From assembly GCA_012295275.1 (NCBI GenBank), contig CM022665.1:34658001-34722000 (forward strand): DNA of 64,000 nucleotides. The letters are read 5' to 3'. A program made the position numbers and the translations under genes. Below the pieces are notes generated by a model. The model was not told the origin of the DNA. It searched no databases and saw nothing but the letters and a program-made list of their open reading frames with translations. The DNA comes from Chrysomallon squamiferum (Eukaryota > Animalia > Mollusca). Below, one piece after another: positions 53,905 to 64,000 of the stretch (its first letter is position 1; every line of letters begins with the position of its first letter).

Positions 53905-54723
53905 AATATGAACTGATAATAAAGTTTTCACATAGCAGGTAAGGTCAGATGTTAAAAAAACGTAAATAAACTGAAGATAAATAAATATGATTACATTATA
54001 AGAAACAGTTGAAACGGTTGTTTTAATAGGAATTGAATGGGACAACAGCGCCACTGTTAGATATTTACGATATACAATACAGGAAAATAATGTCACGGTA
54101 GTTCTTTATATCTGAAATAATGCGAAAACAAATGCAGTGAAGTAAACAGTGTCAAAGACTAATGAATATAAACGTGCTTTTGAAATAACAAACGTATCGA
54201 ACTGCTCTGGGTCATATTGCTCCTGCAAAAAGAAAAGAATATGAACACATACGCATGCACGCGAACATACATTCCAAATAATCACATATACATATATCGA
54301 TGAATAACTGAGCAATCACGATCATGCAGGCGTAGGCAAACATACGCACAGATTTTACATTCCAATCACGTCACATACACTGTAAACAGCATACAATAAA
54401 ACAAACATAATGTATTCTGTGGACAATATCTGCGGTTAGATCATGTCAAAAATACTCGTACAAAAACGGTCATTAAAACAAAACAAAAAGAAAAGAAATC
54501 TGACATTTGTAATAAATTGCTCTTCATGCCAAAAGAAAAAAGAAAAGGCAACAAAAAAGTCGACGTAAAATTCAAATTAACCATTGGATTCATTTTCTAC
54601 TTTTTGAGAATTAATAACTATTATGTATCAAAGAATGGCAGTTATTAATAAATCTCAACAACAAATTCAGCTGTCGGCTTTTGGTGAATGTACTCATCTT
54701 ACCATTCTTTTCAACATGTTAAC

Positions 54724-54725
<2 letters not shown>

Positions 54726-54800
<75 letters not shown>
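54726..54800. repeat. (GA)n microsatellite
   Basis: Directly visible. Confidence 0.95.
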
Positions 54801-54805
<5 letters not shown>

Positions 54806-55923
54806 CCCCTTCCTCAAGACTGCTTTTTTTAAATTTTATTTTTTTCTAATTAAATTATTTTAAAAGAAAACACAAACGCAGTTGAGCACTGTTTCACACT
54901 TGCATTTATCCCAGCGCAGGCGCTTTAATAGTAATTTAGCTGAATTGCAACATATTTTAGTGCACTGCCCTTGAAAAATCAACATGTTAACAGAGTATAA
55001 ATTTGACCTTTGTATCTTTTAATCTCTGGAAAGAACAGAGAGTATCGTGTTGATTCAAAATGGCTGGTGACCTGGAAAATATATTTTTACCTTTTTCACA
55101 GCATGATTTATTCTATCAGTCATTTTATATTATGATTACAGATTTCAGTTATTTTGTGAAACGACCTTAATATTATAACTGTGGTGCTGTTGTGATGTAC
55201 GTTTATGAAAGTCCTTGAAAATCGAATAAATATTTTGTATGAATATCAGTAGGATAAAAATAGGTCGCTAGAATGAAAAAAACAACTATTTACGAATAGT
55301 GCTTTTAGTTCAATAATGAAACATCTGTAAAGAATAATGTTGAGGACGTACTTGAAACATATTACGTTATTTTTACATATCAACTATCTTTTCAGCATAT
55401 TTTAATGAAAGAAAAACCACAAAGTTTAAATTCAAATCACATAAGGTGATTTATAAATAAATATAATGATATAAGCTGTTGTTTTTACCGTACACTTCAA
55501 CTGTGAAAACGTGTAAAAGAAACGGAAAATTAAATAAATATTTTGTATGAATAAAGACTCTGATCACATAAAGTGACATATGAATAAATATAATAACTCG
55601 AGCTGTTGTATGCTCCATACATATAACCAGTTTGCTGTGTTAGCATAAAGGTTAAAATGTGGCAGTCATGTCATTTTGACATTTTCAGCTTATTTCGCTT
55701 CTCGTATCGATTAAATAAAATTATCGGTGGCTCTGTCTTCGGGTAAAACGATAATTTCTGAAGACAGTTTTCTGAAGTTATTCAGTTTTGCGCTGTAAAT
55801 GAAATGAACTAAACTTTATCCGACACCAGGATTTGACTCTAGAAACCGTTCAAATGAGATTTTCCTGATGGTGATGTAATGTTTATAGTAATTAGATATT
55901 TACGTTTTTAGTGGCAGTAGTAG

Positions 55924-56119
55924 TAGTAGCAATTGTTGTTGCTGTTGTTGTAGTAGTTGTTATTATTTTAATAGTAGTAGTAGTAGCAGTATCTGTTTTA
56001 TTACTCTTATTAATAGTAGCAATTGTTGTTGCTGTTGTTGTAGTAGTTGTTATTATTTTAATAGTAGTAGTAGTAGCAGTATCTGTTTTATTACTCTTAT
56101 TAATAGTAGCAATTGTTGT
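55924..56119. repeat. 90-bp tandem duplication (about 2.2 copies) of a TAG/TTG-rich unit
   Basis: AATTGTTG recurs at 55931, 56021 and 56111 with identical intervening sequence. Confidence 0.9.
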
Positions 56120-58279
56120 AGCAGTAGTACTGAAAATAATATTAGTAATTAATGAGGTAAAACAGTTTGAAAACTAATCATTTTCTAATTGAATAAACCA
56201 TTTTGAAATTAATTTACAGTGTGCTCTTGGCTTTTTTTTCTTTTCTTTTTTTAACGATTTATTTGATTTTTTTTTTATTATAATTATTTATTTATTGATT
56301 TTTTTGTTGTTTTGTTTTTGTTAAAATATCATTTTTTCTCTCTGTTTTTTATATTATTATTATAGATTTTTTTTTCCCAGAAAGATATATTACAGAGTCA
56401 GTGGGTACTAATTTAACGGTTTTCGACCTTATCACAGTAGACAACATAAAATAACTATTTCGAAGCTGAAAATGATCACACTGACTCCTCGTGTCTGCAA
56501 CAGTGTAATGGTTTGATGCCAAAAACGTAACATCAAACACCTGATGGAATTCTCTGTCTCATCAAGAATCACTACTTCTTTTTCCAGCTGCAGAACTTTG
56601 GACAATGAGTGGTTAATTAATCTGTGCTGGCATAAATTTAAAATTTGTAAATATTATCTTTAAATCTTTAATTTCATATGTGTGAGCGCGCGGGCCTATG
56701 TTATTAAAACACATTTTAAATTTTTTCGTATATTATATCGTATTTTTTATTGCGATATAAATTTGAAAGAGTCCATGCAGCGATCAGGAGTCCTCCTTGG
56801 GGATACCAATAATATTTTAGTACTTTAACATGTACCAACATGAAGCAGTTTTCCTTTTTACCATTAAAGACACTTTTATTGTTATATTCATACTTTAAAA
56901 AAAGGTTTATTATTATATACTGTCACTCCCTCGAACTCTAAACAAATAATACAAATAATAACTAAACCAAAATCACTCATGAACCAACATCGTGCAAAGA
57001 TCGAACATATGACAAAATAATCATCTAAGAACGTGAGATGCAGAGAAAACTTGCAAAGTATTGCCAAAATTCACCACGTTTTCATCTATTTTAAGAACTA
57101 CATAGGCCAGTAATAAAATAAAAAATAAATAATGGGAAAGAAAAATAAGAGGTAAAAAAAGAAGAGTTTGGATTTCAACTAGGTTACAGTTATCACGTAT
57201 ACTACTATAGTTCTTACCTAGATACAGGTACTGCGTATTTAGATGAATTGTTATTCTCTGTCACTGCACAGAATGAACAGGATGACAGTCTATAACTGAT
57301 GCGGTCGTCAGATGTATTAATTAATGAATTAACAGGATATCTGAATAAAACATTCTAAATAAGAACGTTGACATACAAATATATACATATGTCTGTATTT
57401 GTTTGTTTGTGTCTGTGTTCAAATAAGCATAAGTACGTTTTAAATGTGCTCTCTCTCTCTAAAAAAAAAACAAAAAAACAAAAACATTATATATATAAAA
57501 TTATTATTATTATTATTATTTTTTTTTAAACATGTAAAAGAAAGTTGACATAAAAATATATGTTTGTATCTGTGTGTCTGTGTTTAACTAAGTATGATAC
57601 CTATTTGCGTAGAGACTATTCATGGTTTGAATTTTTTTTTTTATTATTGTTATTATTATTATTATTATCATTATTTTATTTACATGATTGTTACTTAATG
57701 ATGCAACACAAAACAGTATGTGTTCATATCTATAACACATCTAATTATTGTTAGTAATTAATAGCGATACTCCAGTCGTCGCATACATTTCTGAACCTGA
57801 TTAGAAAAAATAGTAAATATGACGAAATGATGTGGAAATAAATGAATCTTACATTTTATCTCTTGTTTTTTTAGGAGTTTCTCCGTTGTTACATTAGTCT
57901 GTTCTTTTTCTTGTTCTGTAATATCGTGTTGAAACGTGATGTAAATAAAACTTTACTGCAGTTTTGCTTAGTTGATATAGTTTATATTTTTATTTGTTTC
58001 TTAGTAAAAAAAATATATTTTTATTTTTATTTTAATTTGTTTTGCTTTTTAGAGAGAGTTATGGTCCATTTATATAGTAATATATAAACTCACAGACAGA
58101 TGTATGTATAGAGGTATATTAGTGTGTGTGCGTGCGTGTTTGTTCGTGTGTTCATTTATCTACATCTGTGACTTATGGATTTCTTAAAATAATAATTGTA
58201 TCTTTTTTTTGAGGGTTTTCAAATAATTCTAGTTCTATATTTAATTACTTTGAATACAGCATTTCGTTCAAAAAATGAG

Positions 58280-58627
58280 CTGCCTAGCCAAGTCGACTAC
58301 ATGCACACCTCGCTCAAGTTTTTCTATGATTTCATGCTTTAATTCAATGGACATCATCCACTTCTTCTTCAAAGCACTGTCCTTTGCACGCACTTTTTAC
58401 GATCCTGGTCAGAAAAAAGAAATTTGGCAAAATACTGCACAAAAACGCGAACACACCACAGCAGAGATGCTTCCATGGTCAGGTCACCACGTGAAGTAAA
58501 GGAGTGAAACACGGGATGCTGGCCGGATGTTGAGTTTTGGCTCGCAACTCAAAGCAAAAAATCACCCAAGCGACTGCTCATAACTCGAAAAACTCGTAAG
58601 TTGTAGCACTAGTAAATCGAGGTACTG
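58280..58627 (-). mobile_element. Truncated second copy of the same Tigger/pogo-like element
   Basis: Reverse complement aligns by eye to about 2131-2535; the terminus CAGTACCTCGA is flanked by TA. Confidence 0.85.
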
Positions 58628-61600
58628 TATATATATTTTAATCGACATTTGTTTGTATTTCAGATCGTCATTAAAATGGTCAATTCCAAAATGGCCAATA
58701 ACAAAATGCAACTAAAGAACCTAAAAAAAAAAAAAAAAAAAAAAAAAGAAAGAAAAAAAGTATGTGACATAAAAAATAAATACCATTTCATCATCTAAAT
58801 TAAGTATATGAATATTGCTTTCTTGTTCTAACAGTACATGTTAAAAAGCTTCAAGAGATCTCCATTTTGGGCTTAAATACATTGTTTCATCCTGAACGCC
58901 GATTATTTTTTCTCTCTCACACCCCCATGAACTGTCACAGGTTGGATGCTCTGTCTTATATATTGTTTTAATTAACATTTCGCAGCTATTAATTAACTGA
59001 TTTGGATAACATTTAATACCACACGACTCATATGTATTTTTTATATATGCGATTGCATTGACGGCAGTATTAAGAAAAGTTCGAAATGATATATGTAAAC
59101 TGTTTCATTCCATTGTATTTTATCTTATAATGCAGTGCCTGAATTAGCAATAAGGTTATACGTTATTTTTAGTTTATCTGTTGCTTGATTATTATTATTA
59201 TTATTATTTTAATGGGGGTTTTTAAATTTCAGTAAATATTGGGCAGATCTGGCGTTCACACCAATGCATTGGTACTCCATCTGAGTTCATAAATTTCTTT
59301 CCAAATAATTTAAAATGATCTAGCCTATCTAACTATATCCCTAACGATGATATACGACACGGAAAGGGCGAGCTTAAAATGGTTGTTCCAAACGTTTCAT
59401 ACTGGAAACATTAGCTACTCATAGTACCTTTAATGCATCACATTTCAGTTGGACTCAAGTTTCGGAAATTGCCAGTTCTTACTGTTTTAAGACGTCTGAT
59501 CCAGACGTTAACATCATTATATGATGATGTTCAGCTATATCAGGTTTTGGAACGTATATATCTTAGTATAATTAATACGTTGCCATGACTACCAGACACA
59601 CATAAACATACACATTCACACCCAAACACACAAACTTTACCGGAAACAGGTTTATCGTTACATTGGTTTCCGGTACATATACGATCAACGTGCCTCGTTT
59701 TCATTCCAGCAAGGGAGATGATTATTTTGAACTACTTTTATGCACGTCTACCAGATAAAATTACAATTGTTTTAACAGAGATCCCGTTCCAGAGACCTGC
59801 AGTGTATCCATGACATTAGCCACATTGTTAAAACCATTATCAAACATAGGCCAAAACACATTCAGAAACACGTAGACACATAAATATTTGAGAAGATAAC
59901 AAACACAAATTAGATGCACACGAACGCACGTATGCACTGAAATGCATATAAAGAAAAAATACAGGAACAAACACGTAAACACACCGACAATAACAGTCTT
60001 CATGTATTGCTCATGATTTTAGTTTTCTTTGTAAACATTATCGTCGAAATAAATTCTACATGTTGTTTCAATATCACCACCTGTTAAGTCTAGGTGTTTT
60101 TGCTTGTTATTTGTGTGGCTAATCCTTTTAAACATTATTTGTGTTTCATCATCATTATCGTCGTCATTATTATTATTAAATTTGTATTGATATTTGAATA
60201 TTACAAGTTAATATCGTCATAAGAAATTTTCATAATTTTGAAAAATAAATTTAATGGCTAATGTCATTGTTTGTAGCCCTTATCAGTTCTAGCTACATAA
60301 AAAAAGTGACAACAGCTAGAAAAAAAATGAACAAGTTTATTTAACCAAAATATAATATATGGACAAATTATTGAAAATCACATTAAATCTGGATCATTAA
60401 AGGGTAAAACAAGAAACAAATTTCTGATAAAAGTTGCTTTTATTCCAACTTTAGTGCGAAATGTGTAATATTAAATCGGTATAAATAAATAAGAGTAAAA
60501 TAAAAAATAAAAAGAAGAAACGACGACAACTTATAAATTTTACACATGCATACATCTTTGTGTAAATGTCTTACAGACATTATATTTCTTTACCTGTCAC
60601 TTGGACAAATAACTTAAAAGATGAGTTTGAATCTCAGTTTAAAACTGAAGTATAAACTAAATCTAAATATAATAAATTAAATCTAAAGCCAGTGTGACTG
60701 GTTGGACGATCACGTTAACCTCACAAAACAACATAATGAGTTTTTGTTTTGTTTTAAATGTGCTTCTTTGTTACTTTTTTTTTCCACTGTGAATAATAGC
60801 ACCTGCTTGATGGAGACGATGTTGGGAGTGTTTTGTTAGACAATCCTTGTTTATATGCGATGAACCTTTTTGTCTTCTTTACGAGAAACGTGATCTTTGC
60901 TGAAGGAAAAAATATTATATAGGTGTGTGTGTGTCTTTCTTAGTCTCTTTATTTCTTTCTTTTATTTTTTTTCTTCCTTTATTTTCTCTTTCTTTTCAAA
61001 TGAATTATTATATATAATTTCTTTTATTTCTATTTATTTTGTTGTTATTATTATTATTGAAATAATAATATTATTATTACTAGTGTACATTCTATAACAT
61101 ATGAAGTTGTAAGACAAAGAAAAGTAAAAATTATTAAATATTTTGTAATTTTTTGACCCCTTTCTCACTTTATTTATAATGAATTTTACGAATTTTAAGC
61201 TGTTCGGTCTGAAATGCAGAATCAGTTTCAATGAACTTCGCATTTATTTTTCTTCTTGTCACTGAAACAGTATTATCAGTTATTATATCATTTATTTTTT
61301 AAGTTAACTCAAAAATTAAGAAATTCAGCTGTATAGGCGGCATTTACTTGTTGAAATAAAGATTTTAATTTTATCACACACACACAAACAAACACGCACA
61401 CGCACACTCAAACACACTGGAATATATTTAATATACAAAGGTTAATGCAAAAATCTGTGACCGCAACGGTCTTCCGTAGAAATTCCACACCTCTCCATCC
61501 CCACACGTTGTCTCATCAGTCTAGCAATCGTCTGGGTCATCACAAGTGTAGAACGACAATGATTGGTCGAAATCATTTTCCAATGTTGAAATGAAGGACG

Positions 61601-61820
61601 ACAAATAGAATTAAAGAGCATATATACATAAGGAAAGCTGACATATCTGTTACAGTGTTTACAATATATTTTTATTGTTTATTTACGTTATGTAATTTCT
61701 TCCTGGATTTTAGTTTATTTATTATTATTATCATTTTTATTATAAATATTATTATTATTTTTATTTATTTATTTATTTTAGCTTATTTCATTCATTTCTT
61801 TATTTTATTTTATTTCATTC

Positions 61821-61866
<46 letters not shown>

Positions 61867-62000
61867 GATCATTTTTTTTTTTTTTTTTACTTAATCTCAA
61901 AATCTAAACCTTTTTAACTATTAAATGTTATCTCTTAATCGCGAATTAATTTTATTATCAATTATTTGATTTTTTTTTCTTGATTTTTTTAAAATTATTA

Positions 62001-62040
<40 letters not shown>

Positions 62041-62517
62041 CTATTTTTTAATTATATTTATTTATTTATATTTTTTAAATTATGCTAAACGTAAATGCCC
62101 TTGATAAATGCCAGGTATAAACAAACCAATAAAAAAAAAAAAAAAAAAATCTCATGAAGATAACACATTCCAAATTTCAAACCTCTGATCTGTTGGACAA
62201 CTGTGTGCATTAAAAATAAATAGATCAATAAATCAGTAACAAAAAATTAGTTATCAGAACTTAAAAAATAAATTTTTGATCTATTTCAACATGCTAGAAA
62301 ACTATCATCTATGACTTATCACCATTAAAGAAAACAAAAACAAAATTTTAATAATTTATTTATATTTATTTCATTTAATTAGATAAATAAATAAACATTG
62401 AACAACAAATGCTGTGGTTTGCAGGTTTTATCAATGCATAATTTAAAAATTATAATGCAATCTTATCCATCTTTTTTCGAAATATATATATATATATGTA
62501 TTTCAGTGATTGAAGGG

Positions 62518-64000
62518 ACATAACTTTTACAGACAAGAATCAGTGATGGGTCTCCTACCTAAGGAAGGTATATCTGAATTGAATTTTAAAAAGCTAAAAA
62601 TGAATATTTGAATATCCTGAATTAAACTATACATCAATTTTATTACAAGTTTACAAACTCTGAACTACATGGAAATGTCATCAGTTGCTTGGAACAGCCA
62701 TTAACATTATAGGCTACAAACTAGGCCTACTGAATGTATTCAATATGTAATAAAAATGTATGCTTCAGATGGGTGGAAGACTGATAAAAACAAAACAAAA
62801 CAAAAAATACTTAAAAAAAAAAATATTTTATATAAATGTGGTTTATTGTGAATCTTTGAAGACATTTCAGACATTTTTTTTCTGCTTAATGTAACAGTGA
62901 TTTATAAACTATAATGCAGTTTTTAATACACTAGTATGGAAATAATTTTTTTTGCTGTACATATTTAGAAATCAATTATTTTATACAGAAAAATATTTAT
63001 AAAACCAACAGAAGTTTTTGAATGAACATAACTTTTACAGACAAGAATCAGTGATGGGTCTCCTACCTAAGGAAGGTATATCTGAATTGAATTTTAAAAA
63101 GCTAAAAATGAATGTTTGAATATCCTGAATTAAACTATACATCAATTTTATTACAAGTTTACAAACTCTGAACTACATGGAAATGTCATCAGTTGCTTGG
63201 AACAGCCATTAACATTATAGGCTACAAACTAGGCATACTGAATGTATTCAATATGTAATAAAAATGTATGCTTCAGATGGGTGGAAGACTGATAAAAACA
63301 AAACAAAAACAAAATACTTAAAAAAAATATATTTTATATAAATGTGGTTTATTGTGAATCTTTGAAAACATTTCAGACATTTTTTTTCTGCTTAATGTAA
63401 CAGTGATTTATAAACTATAATGCAGTTTTTTATACACTAGTATGGAAATAATTTTTTTTGCTGTACATATTTAGAAATCAATTATTTTATACAGAAAAAT
63501 ATTTATAAAACCAACAGAGGTTTTTGAATGAACATAACTTTTATAGACAAGAATCAGTGATGGGTCTCCTACCTAAGGAAGGTATATCTGAATTGAATTT
63601 TAAAAAGCTAAAAATGAATGTTTGAATATCCTGAATTAAACTATACATCAATTTTATTACAAGTTTACAAACTCTGATCTACATGGAAATGCGATCAGTT
63701 GCTTGGAACAGCCATTAACATTATAGGCTACAAACTAGGCCTACTGAATGTATTCAATATGTAATAAAAATGTATGCTTCAGATGGGTGGAAGCCTGATA
63801 AAAACAAAACAAAAACAAAATAATAATAATAAAACTTTTTTTTTTTTTTTAATATAATGGTGGTTTATTGTGAATCTTTGAATAGGTATTTCAGACATTT
63901 TTATACTGCTTAATAAACTATAATGCAGTTATGGAAACGACTTTTTTGCTGTGCAAGTTTAAAAATCAATTGTTTTATACAGAAAATTATTTATTAAATC
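62518..64000. repeat. Tandem repeat, unit about 507 bp, about 3 copies, runs off the window
   Basis: ACATAACTTTTA(C/T)AGACAAGAATCAGTGATGGG recurs at 62518, 63026 and 63532 with near-identical units. Confidence 0.95.

Noticed and set aside
38900-62000. Numerous 60-115 aa ORFs rich in I, L, Y, F, V or ER/SL/CV repeats
   Set aside because: Translations of microsatellites and AT-rich low-complexity DNA
62518-64000. CRISPR-like array
   Set aside because: Whole units are repeated with no unique spacers, and the context is eukaryotic

Overview
AT-rich eukaryotic (invertebrate metazoan-like) genomic DNA with many microsatellites and two intron-rich genes arranged head-to-head, their ATGs about 2.3 kb apart. 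(1) Minus strand: the 5' part of the bifunctional glutamyl-prolyl-tRNA synthetase EPRS. Twenty hand-traced exons run from ATG 17693 to 4790 and cover the GST-like domain, the GluRS core (HVGH, VMSKR) and the first WHEP repeats; the gene continues off the left edge. (2) Plus strand: a complete MYND-type HIF prolyl hydroxylase EGLN1/PHD2/egl-9 (5 exons, 19997-33232, about 417 aa). Its first intron can only be spliced to give an intact enzyme through a non-canonical GA donor (AAG|GAAAGTAT). Also present: two copies of a Tigger/pogo-type element, a TIR element with a 4-bp TSD beside an EPRS donor site, candidate internal first exons that could give a WHEP-ProRS-only EPRS isoform, candidate poison exons in EGLN1, a mosaic CpG pattern (depleted gene bodies; retained in the promoter, an intronic island and the downstream intergenic region), a GC-rich hairpin at the edge of the depleted domain, clusters of HRE-like motifs in a 24-kb region with no recognisable gene, and a ~507-bp tandem repeat at the right edge. 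All coordinates were read by eye; no database searches were run.
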